A DNA stretch of 64,000 nt from contig JACNLA010000026.1 of NCBI GenBank assembly GCA_014381745.1, forward strand, positions 13,069 through 77,068, read 5' to 3'. Under the pieces are notes generated by a model. That model made no database searches. It saw only the letters and a program-made list of their open reading frames with translations, and was not told where the DNA came from. Position numbers and translations under genes: made by a program. The DNA comes from Actinomycetota bacterium. GTDB taxonomy: Bacteria > Actinomycetota > Acidimicrobiia > Acidimicrobiales > MedAcidi-G1. Numbering within the stretch: position 1 is the stretch's first letter; every line of letters starts with the position of its first letter. This document shows positions 1 through 10,306 of the stretch, in pieces.

Positions 1-1
1 C

Positions 2-493
<492 letters not shown>

Positions 494-528
494 GTGCCAA
501 CGCCTTCGCCATCTCCCGCCGGTCGCGC

Positions 529-558
529 TTGTGAGTAGCGTTTTTCCGCCCGTAGACT
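529..558 (+). promoter_or_regulatory. Candidate SigA-type promoter of the str operon
   Basis: TTGTGA (529-534), 18 nt, TAGACT (553-558) in the 161-nt rpoC-rpsL spacer. This is a sequence match only. Confidence 0.3.
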
Positions 559-654
559 CGTCCGCTGGCCGTGGTACGACCCCCGTGTCTCCATGCCGAC
601 GTTCCGATTCCTTCCATTCAGGGCCCGACACGGGTTCCGCAACGAGGTAGACAA

Positions 655-1026
655 GTGCCCACCATTCAGCAGTTGGTCCGTAAGGGCCGCAGGACAAAGC
701 GCCGCAAGGAGGCCACGCCGGCCCTCAAGGGTGCCCCGCAGCGCCGTGGTGTCTGCACGAGGGTCTACACGACCACACCCAAGAAGCCGAACTCGGCCCT
801 CCGCAAGGTCGCCCGTGTCAGGCTTACCAGCGGTGCGGAAATTACGGCGTACATCCCAGGTGAGGGTCACAACCTCCAAGAGCACTCCATCGTCCTCGTC
901 CGTGGTGGCCGTGTAAAGGATCTTCCCGGTGTCCGGTACAAGGTCGTCAGGGGAACCCTCGACACTTCCGGAGTGAGCCAGCGCCGCCAGGCCCGTAGCC
1001 GCTACGGCGCTAAGAAAGAAGGCTGA
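655..1026 (+). CDS. rpsL: 30S ribosomal protein S12
   Basis: An in-frame GTG at 655 inside ORF 571..1026 gives [14 protein letters not shown]...[16 protein letters not shown]. The product is 123 aa with the canonical S12 N-terminus and length. The longer ORF prefix is Arg/Pro-rich and looks non-coding. Confidence 0.95.
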   Translation: MPTIQQLVRKGRRTKRRKEATPALKGAPQRRGVCTRVYTTTPKKPNSALRKVARVRLTSGAEITAYIPGEGHNLQEHSIVLVRGGRVKDLPGVRYKVVRGTLDTSGVSQRRQARSRYGAKKEG

Positions 1027-1028
1027 TC

Positions 1029-1499
1029 GTGCCACGCAAGGGCCCAGCGGTACGCCGCGAGCTGACCCCCGATCCCGTTTACCGGTCGGTTGTGGTCACC
1101 CAGTTGGTCAACAAGGTTCTCCAGAGAGGCAAGCGCTCGACAGCTGAACGGATCGTCTACTCCTCGCTAACGATGGTCGAGTCCAAGACCGGGAGCGAGC
1201 CAATCGGCGCCCTCAAGAAGGCAATCGAAAACGTCCGTCCACAACTCGAGGTCCGGAGCAGGCGCGTCGGTGGTGCCACCTACCAGGTTCCCGTCGAGGT
1301 CCGTCCGCGTCGGGCTAACACCCTTGCCGTCCGCTGGCTGGTCAACTACTCACGTGACCGGCGCGAGCCCACAATGGCCGAGCGCCTGGCGAACGAGATC
1401 ATGGACGCATCCAACGGCGTGGGTGCCTCGGTAAAGCGCCGCGAAGACCTCCACAAGATGGCCGAGGCCAACAAGGCGTTTGCCCACTACCGGTGGTGA
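1029..1499 (+). CDS. rpsG: 30S ribosomal protein S7
   Basis: ORF 1029..1499 has a GTG start 2 nt after the rpsL stop. [12 protein letters not shown]...[10 protein letters not shown] are typical S7 termini. 156 aa. Confidence 0.96.
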   Translation: MPRKGPAVRRELTPDPVYRSVVVTQLVNKVLQRGKRSTAERIVYSSLTMVESKTGSEPIGALKKAIENVRPQLEVRSRRVGGATYQVPVEVRPRRANTLAVRWLVNYSRDRREPTMAERLANEIMDASNGVGASVKRREDLHKMAEANKAFAHYRW

Positions 1500-1642
1500 G
1501 GGTCTCTCGAGGGCGTGCCACGGTCTGACCGGTATCGCCGACGGGCCTGCCTGCTACCGAGAGTGTCGCTCGCAACAAATTCATCCGAGAGCCCACGCGG
1601 GCCCAGCTGAACAGCTGAACAACCGACTACAGAGATATTGAC

Positions 1643-3730
1643 ATGGCCGAGAGACACCCCCTGGAACAGACCCGCAACATCGGGATCATGGCCCATATCG
1701 ACGCGGGCAAGACCACGACGACAGAGCGCATCCTCTACTACACCGGCGTCAACTACAAGATCGGCGAAGTCCACGACGGTGCGGCCACCATGGACTGGAT
1801 GGAACAGGAGCAGGAGAGGGGAATCACCATCACCTCGGCTGCGACCAGTTGTTTCTGGAACGATCACCGGATCAACATCATCGACACCCCCGGTCACGTT
1901 GACTTCACGGTCGAGGTGGAGCGCTCGCTTCGGGTTCTGGATGGTGCGGTAGCCGTATTTGATGGCGTTGCCGGCGTTGAGCCCCAGACCGAGACCGTCT
2001 GGCGCCAGGCTGACAAGTACGCGGTGCCCCGTATGTGTTTCATCAACAAGATGGACCGCACCGGCGCCGACTTCTACTTCGTGTTGGGCACCATCCGCGA
2101 GCGGCTTGGTTGCAAGGCGGCTGTTCTCCAGCTTCCGATCGGAGCCGAGGCCGGGTTCGCCGGTGTGGTGGACCTGGTCCAGATGAAGGCTCTGGTGTGG
2201 CAGAGCGAGGACCTGGGGGCATCCTGGGACGTCGTTGACATTCCCGAGGACATGGTCGATCAGGCCGATGAGTACCGCAGCGAGTTGATCGACGTTCTTT
2301 CTGAGTTCGACGAGAACATCCTGGAGAAGTTCGTCGGCGAAGAGGAGATCACCGCCGAGGACCTCCGTACCGCACTGCGTGCTGGCACCATTTCCGGTGA
2401 CTGTGTGCCGATCCTCACCGGTTCGGCCTTCAAGAACAAGGGTGTCCAGCCGCTGCTTGACGCGGTTGTCGAATACCTGCCGTCACCGCTGGACCTGCCA
2501 CCCGTTGAGGGCGTTCACCCTCGGACCGGCGATACGGTCGAGCGCGTCGCCGCCGACGGTGAGCCGTTCTCGGCTCTCGCATTCAAGATCATGACCGACC
2601 CACACGTTGGCAAGCTCATCTACTTCAGGGCGTACAGCGGAATCCTCGACAAGGGATCGGCGGTGCTCAACACCCGAACCGGTTCCAAGGAACGGATCGG
2701 CCGGATTCTCGAAATGCACGCCAACGACCGCGAGGACCGCGACGACGTCAGAGCCGGCGACATCGTGGCAGGCATCGGCCTCAAGAACACCCGTACCGGC
2801 GACACGCTGTGTGCTCCGGACCACCCGATCGTGCTTGAGCAGCTCGAGTTTCCCCTGCCGGTGATTCACGTGGCTGTTGAACCCCTCTCAAAGGCCGATC
2901 AGGACAAGATGGGCAAGGCGCTGGGGGCGCTCGCCGAGGAGGACCCGACCTTCACGGTTCGCAGCGACGAGGACACCGGACAGACGATCATCGGCGGAAT
3001 GGGCGAGTTGCACCTGGAGGTGCTTGTCGACCGGATGAAGCGTGAGTTCAGGGTCGACGCCAACGTTGGTAAGCCACAGGTGGCATACAGGGAGACGATC
3101 ACAAGAGAGGTCGCCGACCATCGCTACACCCACAAGAAGCAGACGGGTGGGTCCGGCCAGTTCGCGGAGATCGTCGCCTCGATCGAGCCGTGGACCGAAG
3201 ACGACGAGACCTACATGTTCGAGGACAACATCCGAGGTGGCCGCGTGCCCAAGGAGTACATCCCGTCCGTCAATGCCGGTATCCAGTCGGCGATGACCAG
3301 CGGCGTTCTCGCTGGCTTCCCATTGCTAGGCATGAAGGTGAGCCTCAACGACGGCAAGTCCCACGATGTCGACTCGTCGGAGATGGCATTCAAGATCGCA
3401 GCACAGGCATGGTTCCGCGAGGTTGTTCGCCTCGCAAAGCCCGTTCTCCTGGAGCCCGTGATGGCCGTCGAGGTGGTTACACCAGAGGAGTACATGGGCG
3501 ACGTCGTAGGCGACCTCAACTCGCGACGCGGCAGGGTCGGCCAGATGGAAGCCCGAAGCGGCAACCAGGTGGTCAGCGCACAGGTACCGTTGTCGGAGAT
3601 GTTCGGGTACGCTACCGACCTGCGCTCGCGCACTCAGGGGCGAGCGACGTACACCATGCAGTTCGACTCGTATCAGCAGACACCCGGGTCGGTGCAGGAA
3701 GAAATCGTCCGTCGTATACACGGCGAATGA
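1643..3730 (+). CDS. fusA: Elongation factor G
   Basis: ORF of 695 aa with G-domain motifs [14 protein letters not shown] and NKMD. It sits between rpsG and tuf. Confidence 0.97.
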   Translation: MAERHPLEQTRNIGIMAHIDAGKTTTTERILYYTGVNYKIGEVHDGAATMDWMEQEQERGITITSAATSCFWNDHRINIIDTPGHVDFTVEVERSLRVLDGAVAVFDGVAGVEPQTETVWRQADKYAVPRMCFINKMDRTGADFYFVLGTIRERLGCKAAVLQLPIGAEAGFAGVVDLVQMKALVWQSEDLGASWDVVDIPEDMVDQADEYRSELIDVLSEFDENILEKFVGEEEITAEDLRTALRAGTISGDCVPILTGSAFKNKGVQPLLDAVVEYLPSPLDLPPVEGVHPRTGDTVERVAADGEPFSALAFKIMTDPHVGKLIYFRAYSGILDKGSAVLNTRTGSKERIGRILEMHANDREDRDDVRAGDIVAGIGLKNTRTGDTLCAPDHPIVLEQLEFPLPVIHVAVEPLSKADQDKMGKALGALAEEDPTFTVRSDEDTGQTIIGGMGELHLEVLVDRMKREFRVDANVGKPQVAYRETITREVADHRYTHKKQTGGSGQFAEIVASIEPWTEDDETYMFEDNIRGGRVPKEYIPSVNAGIQSAMTSGVLAGFPLLGMKVSLNDGKSHDVDSSEMAFKIAAQAWFREVVRLAKPVLLEPVMAVEVVTPEEYMGDVVGDLNSRRGRVGQMEARSGNQVVSAQVPLSEMFGYATDLRSRTQGRATYTMQFDSYQQTPGSVQEEIVRRIHGE

Positions 3731-3773
3731 CCACCGAGCAGTAGAACCAGCAACACAAATCCAAGGAAGAGTC

Positions 3774-4964
3774 ATGGCCAAGGCCCAGTTTGAACGCAAC
3801 AAGCCGCACGTAAATGTCGGCACCATGGGACATATCGATCACGGTAAGACAACCCTCACCGCGGCGATAACCAAGGTCCTTTCGGACCGTGATCCAGATG
3901 CCACGGCATTTACGGATTTCGAGAACATCGACAAGGCCCCCGAAGAACGGGAGCGCGGTATCACCATCAACGTCTCGCACGTTGAGTACGAAACCGAGAA
4001 CCGCCACTACGCCCACGTCGACATGCCCGGCCACGCCGACTACATCAAGAACATGATCACCGGCGCCGCTCAGGTGGACGGTGCGATCCTGGTTGTGTCA
4101 GCCGCAGACGGCCCCATGCCCCAGACACGTGAGCACGTGCTGCTGGCCCGTCAGGTGGGTGTTCCCAAGATCATCGTCGCCCTCAACAAGTGCGACATGG
4201 TCGATGACGAGGAACTCCTCGAGTTGGTTGAGATGGAGGTACGGGAACTGCTCGACGAGTACGACTTCCCGGGCGCCGACACCCCGGTCGTGCGGGTGTC
4301 GGCGCTGAAGGCCCTCGAGGGTGATGAGGCCGCCGGAGACCAGGTAGTTGAGCTCATGAGCCAGGTCGACGAGTTCATCCCCCAGCCAGACCGTGATGTC
4401 GACAAGCCGTTCCTGATGCCCATCGAGGACGTCTTCTCGATCACCGGTCGCGGCACCGTCGTCACCGGCCGTGTTGAGCAGGGCAAGGTGAACACCGGCG
4501 ACAACATCGAGATTGTGGGCCTCAAGGACACGCAGTCCACGGTCTGCACCGGTGTCGAGATGTTCCGCAAGCTGCTCGACGAGGGAATCGCCGGCGACAA
4601 CATCGGTGCGCTCCTGCGAGGCATCGACAAGGAGGAGGTGCAGCGCGGACAGGTCCTGGCTAAGCCCGGATCCATCACGCCGCACACCCAGTTTGAGGCC
4701 GAGGTCTACGTGCTGACCACCAAGGAGGGCGGACGCCACAAGCCGTTCTTCTCCAACTACAGGCCGCAGTTCTACTTCCGGACAACCGACGTGACCGGCA
4801 ACATCGCCCTCGCTGAGGGAACCGAGATGTGCATGCCCGGCGACAACACGACCATGACGGTGGAGCTCATCGCTCCAATCGCAATGGACGTCGGCCTCAG
4901 GTTCGCCATCCGCGAGGGTGGACGCACCGTCGGTGCCGGTGCCGTAACGAAGATCCTTCAGTAG
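3774..4964 (+). CDS. tuf: Elongation factor Tu
   Basis: ORF of 396 aa with motifs [18 protein letters not shown] and NKCD. A purine-rich AAGGAAGA lies just upstream of the ATG. Confidence 0.98.
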   Translation: MAKAQFERNKPHVNVGTMGHIDHGKTTLTAAITKVLSDRDPDATAFTDFENIDKAPEERERGITINVSHVEYETENRHYAHVDMPGHADYIKNMITGAAQVDGAILVVSAADGPMPQTREHVLLARQVGVPKIIVALNKCDMVDDEELLELVEMEVRELLDEYDFPGADTPVVRVSALKALEGDEAAGDQVVELMSQVDEFIPQPDRDVDKPFLMPIEDVFSITGRGTVVTGRVEQGKVNTGDNIEIVGLKDTQSTVCTGVEMFRKLLDEGIAGDNIGALLRGIDKEEVQRGQVLAKPGSITPHTQFEAEVYVLTTKEGGRHKPFFSNYRPQFYFRTTDVTGNIALAEGTEMCMPGDNTTMTVELIAPIAMDVGLRFAIREGGRTVGAGAVTKILQ

Positions 4965-4977
4965 TCGGGTTCGACGG

Positions 4978-5298
4978 ATGCCAACAGGCCAGAAGATCAG
5001 GATTCGGCTGAAGGCCTACGACCACGAGGTGATCGACCAGTCGACGCGGAAGATCGTCGAGACCGTCCTTCGTACTCAGGCCGAGATTCGGGGGCCTGTA
5101 CCGCTTCCCACGGAGAAGCACCGCTACACGGTCATCCGCGGACCCTTCAAGGACAAGGACTCCCGGGAACATTTCGAGATTCGGATCCACAAGCGTCTCC
5201 TTGACATCATGCAGCCGTCGCCCAAGACGATCGACTCGCTTCAGCGGCTCGACCTGCCTGCCGGTGTCGACGTCGAGATCAAGATCCAGCAGTCCTGA
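4978..5298 (+). CDS. rpsJ: 30S ribosomal protein S10
   Basis: [22 protein letters not shown]... is the canonical S10 N-terminus. 106 aa. It starts 13 nt after the tuf stop. Confidence 0.96.
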   Translation: MPTGQKIRIRLKAYDHEVIDQSTRKIVETVLRTQAEIRGPVPLPTEKHRYTVIRGPFKDKDSREHFEIRIHKRLLDIMQPSPKTIDSLQRLDLPAGVDVEIKIQQS

Positions 5299-5342
5299 TC
5301 GTTGGACCTGTCAGGTCCGACACACGAAGAACAGAACGAGTT

Positions 5343-5376
5343 GGAGGACGCCCCCCGGGGCGTCCTCCCGGTTTTG
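5343..5376 (+). terminator. Rho-independent terminator-like hairpin after rpsJ
   Basis: GGAGGACGCCCC (5343-5354) pairs with GGGGCGTCCTCC (5357-5368) and is followed by CGGTTTTG. It lies between the convergent rpsJ (ends 5298) and the minus-strand permease (ends 5388). Confidence 0.65.
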
Positions 5377-5387
5377 TCCCGGTGTGG

Positions 5388-6587
5388 TCAGGACTCCGGG
5401 TCGCTGGTGGTGCGGTCCTTTGTCTGAGGCCGCTGAGAGGGAGGCTCCTGTCGGCCGCGGCGTTGCCGGCTCTCAGCGAGAAGTTCCTCGGCTACCTCGT
5501 GACGGCGGGCGGTCGATGAGAGGACAGCCTGGACTGTGGCGGCAGCCGGTAGGGCGAGCAGAGCGCCGATGACTCCTAGGACGGCTGCGCCGGCGATGAC
5601 GGATCCGAATGCGACGGCAGCATGGAGTTGCATCGTCTGAGCGGTGATCCTGGGAGCGAAGAGGTAGTTCTCGACCTGCTGGTAGACGGCGATTACGACC
5701 AGCGCCCAGAAGCCGTGAACAGGCTCTTCGAGAAGACCGATGACAATCGGTATCGAGCCCGCAATGTAGGTGCCGACCACAGGTACAAACTGGGACATGA
5801 CGCCAACCCAGAGCGCAAGTGCAAGCGGTGACGGGAGGCCGATCAGCTCGAAGGCCACCCAGTGGACGGCCATGGATGCCAAGGCAAGGATCGTTCGGGA
5901 AAGGATGTAACCGCCCGTCTTTGCTATCGCCAGATCCCAGACCCGGAGGACCGACCGCTGCTTCTGTGCGGGCAACAGGGAGCACACGGTTCGACGAAAC
6001 TTTGGTCCCTCAGCGAGCATGTAGAACGCGAAGAGGCCGACGGTGAACAACTGGAACAACACGTTGACGATCGTTGTGCCGAACCGGGCCAGATCGTTGG
6101 CGACGGCTCCGAGCCTGCGAGCCATGCCCTCGTCGTAGTCGGCTCTCAGGTCCGTGGTGGCCCCGGCGATGCCGAAGGTGTCCTCGAGGAAGACGTCGAT
6201 GTCTCTCAGGTAGGACGGGACGTTCTCGCTGAATGCCGTCACCTGCTCTGCCAGCATCGTGCCCACCAGGGTCCCGAAGCCTCCTAGCGCTCCGATTCCG
6301 AGTAGGAAGATGAGGGCCGTTCCTATGCCTCTCCGCATGCCCATCCGCTCCAGCCGGTTCACGGCCGGCTCGAGGGCAAACGAGAGGAACAGTGCAACAA
6401 GCAAAATGAGGAAGAGGGAGCGCAGCGATGCCAGGATTCCGCGCAGGTACCAGAATGCAATTACTCCACCGAGAAGGGCAACCAGAGCCCTGTTCAGCCA
6501 CGCCGGAGGGGCTGACGGAACGCTGAAAAACATACGTTGAACTGGGGGTTCGTTTATCGTGCCCTCGTTCGGGTGGTTCACCGACAT
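5388..6587 (-). CDS. AI-2E family (PerM/UPF0118) transporter-like membrane protein
   Basis: Minus-strand ORF of 399 aa with about 7-8 hydrophobic segments by eye (LFLILLVALFLSFAL, ALIFLLGIGALGGFGTLVG, ALWVGVMSQFVPVVGTYIAGSIPIVIGLL, AVAFGSVIAGAAVLGVIGALLALP). The block VIAVYQQVENYLFAPRI is typical of this family. An alternative start is MFFSVPS. Confidence 0.7.
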   Translation of the reverse strand: MSVNHPNEGTINEPPVQRMFFSVPSAPPAWLNRALVALLGGVIAFWYLRGILASLRSLFLILLVALFLSFALEPAVNRLERMGMRRGIGTALIFLLGIGALGGFGTLVGTMLAEQVTAFSENVPSYLRDIDVFLEDTFGIAGATTDLRADYDEGMARRLGAVANDLARFGTTIVNVLFQLFTVGLFAFYMLAEGPKFRRTVCSLLPAQKQRSVLRVWDLAIAKTGGYILSRTILALASMAVHWVAFELIGLPSPLALALWVGVMSQFVPVVGTYIAGSIPIVIGLLEEPVHGFWALVVIAVYQQVENYLFAPRITAQTMQLHAAVAFGSVIAGAAVLGVIGALLALPAAATVQAVLSSTARRHEVAEELLAESRQRRGRQEPPSQRPQTKDRTTSDPES

Positions 6588-6906
6588 GTGCTCCTGAGCA
6601 TCGCTGGTTCGGATGCAGACGCTACCGGTAGGCCCACGACGCCGGAGGGATGGCCTGCCGGTTGTGGGAGGGACGGTTCGGCCGTATCGTTACCCCCCGA
6701 GCACTCCGGAGGGCCCGGGGTTGCATAACCGACGTCCGTGTAGGCCGTTAGCTGTACCGCATAGAACCGGTTTGGCTGAACGGAACCAGGCGGCACAATC
6801 GAATCGTCGCTCCGCCGGGTTTTCCGTGCGGAGCGTTCGCGTGAGCGGCCCCCGGCGGTCGCTTCCGGTGGGACCTTTCCCACCGATTCCAGTCGCAGGA
6901 GCCATC

Positions 6907-7545
6907 ATGGCAAGCAAGGCAATAGTCGGCGAGAAGGTCGGCATGACCCAGGTGTGGGATGACGAGAACCGTGTCGTTCCCGTCACGGTGCTGCGCGTGC
7001 TTCCAAACCGCGTAGTCCAGATCAAGACCGTTGCCCGTGACGGCTACAGCGCCCTCCAGGTCACCTTTGGCCAGCGGGACTCCGGCAAGTTGACCCGCCC
7101 CGAGGCCGGTCACTTCGACGGGGCCGGTGTCGACGCCGGTGTGAGCCTGGTTGAGTTGCGGGTCGACGATGTCGACGGATACGAACTCGGCCAGGAGATT
7201 ACCGTCGACTCGCTTTCTGACGAGGCACGTGTCGACGTCACCTCGGTCAGCAAGGGCAAGGGCTTCGCCGGTGTGATGAAGCGTCACGGCTTCAAGGGTC
7301 AGCGAGCCTCCCACGGTGCCCACAAGGTCCACCGTAAGCCGGGAGCAGTCGGCCAGTGCGCCACACCGTCACGGGTATTCAAGGGCAAGAAGATGCCAGG
7401 ACGTATGGGAAACCAGCGTACGACCACGTTGAACCTGAAGGTTGTCGAGGCCGACGCTGAGCGCGGCCTCCTGCTGGTAAGGGGCTCTGTGCCCGGGCCT
7501 AGCGGCGCAACCGTCCTTATCCGCAACGCGGTGAAGGGAGCCTGA
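6907..7545 (+). CDS. rplC: 50S ribosomal protein L3
   Basis: ATG 6907 lies inside ORF 6613..7545 and is preceded by AGGAG (6897-6901). MASKAIVGEKVGMTQVWDDENRVVPVTVL is the canonical L3 N-terminus. 212 aa. Confidence 0.95.
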   Translation: MASKAIVGEKVGMTQVWDDENRVVPVTVLRVLPNRVVQIKTVARDGYSALQVTFGQRDSGKLTRPEAGHFDGAGVDAGVSLVELRVDDVDGYELGQEITVDSLSDEARVDVTSVSKGKGFAGVMKRHGFKGQRASHGAHKVHRKPGAVGQCATPSRVFKGKKMPGRMGNQRTTTLNLKVVEADAERGLLLVRGSVPGPSGATVLIRNAVKGA

Positions 7546-7547
7546 CC

Positions 7548-8222
7548 ATGGCCAATGTGACTGTTCGCACGAGGACAGGCTCCGACAGCGGGTCTCTCGA
7601 TCTGGATGACACGGTGTTCGGGATCACGCCAAACACTGCGGTCCTGCATCAGGTTGTTACCGCACAGTTGGCTGCACGCCGAAGCGGCACGCAGAGCACC
7701 AAGACCAGGGCCGAGGTCCGTGGTGGTGGTGCCAAGCCGTGGCGTCAAAAGGGCACAGGCCGAGCACGGCACGGCTCCAGCAGGTCTCCGATCTGGCGTG
7801 GTGGTGGAGTGGCGTTGGGCCCCAAGCCACGCAGCTACGCCCAGAAAACCCCCAAGAAGATGATCCGCCTGGCCCTCCACTCGGCCCTCTCAGACCGGGC
7901 TTCCGAAGACCGCGTGGTAGTGGTCGACACCTGGGATTTCGAGGCTCCCCGTACACGCGAGGCCGTGGCCGCCCTTGAGGCTCTAAGCATCGACGGCCGA
8001 ATTCTGGTGGTCGCCGATCGTGACGACGTGAACACCTGGAAGAGCTTCGCCAACCTCGCACATGTCCACGTTCTCTCCCCGGGCGAACTGAACGCATATG
8101 ACGTTCTGGTGAGCGACTGGGTGGTCTTCAGCCAGGCGACCCTGCCAGCTGGTCCCGTGTCGACCGGGTCAGCGCCTCTCGCTGACCCAGAGCCTGCTAC
8201 CGATGAGGAGGAAGAGGAGTGA
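7548..8222 (+). CDS. rplD: 50S ribosomal protein L4
   Basis: Starts 2 nt after the rplC stop. 224 aa with the block KPWRQKGTGRARHGS typical of L4. Confidence 0.95.
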   Translation: MANVTVRTRTGSDSGSLDLDDTVFGITPNTAVLHQVVTAQLAARRSGTQSTKTRAEVRGGGAKPWRQKGTGRARHGSSRSPIWRGGGVALGPKPRSYAQKTPKKMIRLALHSALSDRASEDRVVVVDTWDFEAPRTREAVAALEALSIDGRILVVADRDDVNTWKSFANLAHVHVLSPGELNAYDVLVSDWVVFSQATLPAGPVSTGSAPLADPEPATDEEEEE

Positions 8223-8509
8223 AGGACGCACGCGACGTCATCCGACGCCCGGTTGTCTCCGAGAAGTCCTACGGGTTGCTCGAGGACCACGTCTACACCT
8301 TCGAGGTTGCCAACTCGGCCTCCAAGCCCGAGATTCGCGACGCCGTTGAGACCATCTTCGATGTCACCGTCAAGAAGGTGAACACGTTGAACCGCGACGG
8401 CAAGCGCAAGCGGAACCGTCGAACCATGTCATACAGCTCCCGCCCCGACGTCAAGCGGGCCTACGTCACCCTCGTCGAGGGCGACTCGATCGAGTTGTTC
8501 GAGGTATAG
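8219..8509 (+). CDS. rplW: 50S ribosomal protein L23
   Basis: GTG 8219 overlaps the rplD stop. [18 protein letters not shown]... 96 aa. Confidence 0.94.
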   Translation: MKDARDVIRRPVVSEKSYGLLEDHVYTFEVANSASKPEIRDAVETIFDVTVKKVNTLNRDGKRKRNRRTMSYSSRPDVKRAYVTLVEGDSIELFEV

Positions 8510-8513
8510 GGCC

Positions 8514-9350
8514 ATGCCACAACGCAAGCGCAAGCCGACCAGTCCCGGCCGACGGTTCCAGACCGTTGCCGACTTCTCGGACATCACCAGCACAACCCCC
8601 GAGAGGTCTCTCCTGGAGAAGCAGACCTCCACCGGCGGCCGCAACAACTACGGACGCAAGACCTCACGCCACCGCGGTGGCGGTCACAAGCAGCGCTACA
8701 GGGTCGTTGACTTCCGTCGCAACAAGGACGGTGTGCCCGCCAAGGTGGCCGCCCTCGAATATGACCCGAATCGCAGTTGCAGGATTCTCCTGCTCCATTA
8801 CCACGACGGTGAGAAGCGCTACATTCTCGCCCCCAGGGGGGTACAGGTCGGAGACACCCTCCAGTCCGGCCAGGGCAGCGAGATCAGGCCCGGCAACGCC
8901 CTTCCGCTCCGGTACATCCCGGTCGGTACCGTCATCCACAATGTCGAGTTGCAGCCAGATGGTGGTGGAAAGATGGCCCGCAGCGCCGGCTCCAGCGTCC
9001 AGTTGGTTGCCAAGGAGGGCGATTTTGCGACCCTCCGACTTCCCAGTAGCGAGATGCGCAGGGTCCGGATCGACTGCCGGGCGACCGTCGGCGAGGTCGG
9101 CAACCAGGAACACGAGTTGATCAAGATCGGCAAGGCCGGCCGTAACCGCTGGAAGGGCAAGCGCCCCCAGTCGCGTGGTGTGGCCATGAACCCGGTCGAC
9201 CACCCGCTGGGTGGAGGCGAGGGCAAGTCCTCGGGTGGTCGACACCCGGTGTCGCCATGGGGTAAGCCCGAGGGCCGAACCCGCAAGCGGGATAAGCAGT
9301 CCGACAAGATGATCGTGCGCCGGCGCCGCCGCCGCGGATCGCGGAGGTAG
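8514..9350 (+). CDS. rplB: 50S ribosomal protein L2
   Basis: 278 aa with [19 protein letters not shown] and [14 protein letters not shown] motifs. Confidence 0.97.
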   Translation: MPQRKRKPTSPGRRFQTVADFSDITSTTPERSLLEKQTSTGGRNNYGRKTSRHRGGGHKQRYRVVDFRRNKDGVPAKVAALEYDPNRSCRILLLHYHDGEKRYILAPRGVQVGDTLQSGQGSEIRPGNALPLRYIPVGTVIHNVELQPDGGGKMARSAGSSVQLVAKEGDFATLRLPSSEMRRVRIDCRATVGEVGNQEHELIKIGKAGRNRWKGKRPQSRGVAMNPVDHPLGGGEGKSSGGRHPVSPWGKPEGRTRKRDKQSDKMIVRRRRRRGSRR

Positions 9351-9356
9351 GCAGAG

Positions 9357-9635
9357 ATGCCACGGAGTCTCAGCAAGGGACCGTTCGTAGACGACCATCT
9401 TCTCAAGAAGGTCGACGTTCTAAACGAGTCCGGCGAGAAGAAGGTCATAAGGACCTGGTCACGACGGTCGACGATCGTTCCCGACATGGTCGGGCACACA
9501 ATCGCCGTCCATGACGGGCGCAAGCACGTCCCCGTGTACGTGACCGAGTCGATGGTTGGCCACAAGTTGGGTGAGTTCGCCCCGACGCGCACGTTCAGGT
9601 CCCACTCCACCCAGGAGAAGGCGGTCAATCGCTGA
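9357..9635 (+). CDS. rpsS: 30S ribosomal protein S19
   Basis: [19 protein letters not shown]...[13 protein letters not shown]. 92 aa. Confidence 0.97.
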   Translation: MPRSLSKGPFVDDHLLKKVDVLNESGEKKVIRTWSRRSTIVPDMVGHTIAVHDGRKHVPVYVTESMVGHKLGEFAPTRTFRSHSTQEKAVNR

Positions 9636-10306
9636 TGGTCGCGACCAAGACCAACGAGAGGCCGGGCACCCGGGCCGTGGCACGACACATTCGTGTGTCG
9701 GCATCAAAGGCACGCGCCGTGCTGGACCTCATCAGGGGCGAGTCCTACGGACGCGCATCCGAGATCCTGCAGTTCTCTGAGCGGGCGGTGTCAAACGTGA
9801 TCACCAAGTGTCTGGATTCGGCCGTCGCAAATGCCGAGCACAACGATGAGATCAGTGCCGAGGAACTCTACATATCGGCTTGCTACGCCGACGAGGGACC
9901 GACGCTCAAGCGCTGGCGCCCAAGGGCCCGGGGCCGTGCAACCCGCATCAACAAGAGGACGTGTCACATCACGATCATCGTAAGCCGGTACAGCGACGCT
10001 GAGCTCGAGACCATGCGCGAGCGCGCCGAGTCACGTGGAAGGACCGGAGCCAGCGAGCAGGCCGCAGAGTCCCGTCGCCAGCGTGTCGAAAAGAGTCGTG
10101 CAGCCGAGGCAGAGGCCGCAGCTGAGGCAGAGGCCGCAGATGTCGAGGATGCACCCGACGAGGCAGCCGAGGAAGCCCCAGCAGAAGACGCTGACGTTGC
10201 CGTCGAGGATGCACCCGACGAGGCAGCCGAAGAGGTCGCCGACGAAACAGAAGAAGAAGTAGCCGACGAAGACGGGTCTACCAAGTCCCCAGAGGAGCAG
10301 GGCTGA
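9635..10306 (+). CDS. rplV: 50S ribosomal protein L22 with long acidic C-terminal tail
   Basis: ATG 9635 overlaps the rpsS stop. The L22 core ([20 protein letters not shown]...[20 protein letters not shown]) is followed by a tail of about 105 aa rich in Ala/Glu/Asp. 223 aa in total. Confidence 0.93.
   Translation: MVATKTNERPGTRAVARHIRVSASKARAVLDLIRGESYGRASEILQFSERAVSNVITKCLDSAVANAEHNDEISAEELYISACYADEGPTLKRWRPRARGRATRINKRTCHITIIVSRYSDAELETMRERAESRGRTGASEQAAESRRQRVEKSRAAEAEAAAEAEAADVEDAPDEAAEEAPAEDADVAVEDAPDEAAEEVADETEEEVADEDGSTKSPEEQG
10106..10230 (+). repeat. In-frame short tandem/direct repeats inside the rplV tail
   Basis: A 29-nt perfect direct repeat GTCGAGGATGCACCCGACGAGGCAGCCGA occurs at 10142-10170 and 10202-10230. 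The 16-nt unit GAGGCAGAGGCCGCAG occurs at 10106-10121 and 10124-10139. They encode the [10 protein letters not shown] and EAEAAA units. Confidence 0.9.

Noticed and set aside
6613-6906. N-terminal extensions offered by the ORF track for rplC (6613), rpsL (571), rpoA (20243), rplM (22482), tsaD (35520), groES (36741), pcrA (45059), clpC (58453), the polyprenyl synthase (to 58704) and the LLM oxidoreductase (to 45567).
   Set aside because: In every case the conserved protein N-terminus begins at an internal start codon, usually with a Shine-Dalgarno-like purine tract. The upstream residues are Arg/Pro-rich, non-homologous, or overlap neighbouring genes or terminators.
10106-10230. Short direct repeats that might suggest a CRISPR or minisatellite locus.
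   Set aside because: They are in frame within the rplV coding tail, occur in only two copies each, and have no unique spacers or leader. They are coding low-complexity repeats, not a CRISPR array.
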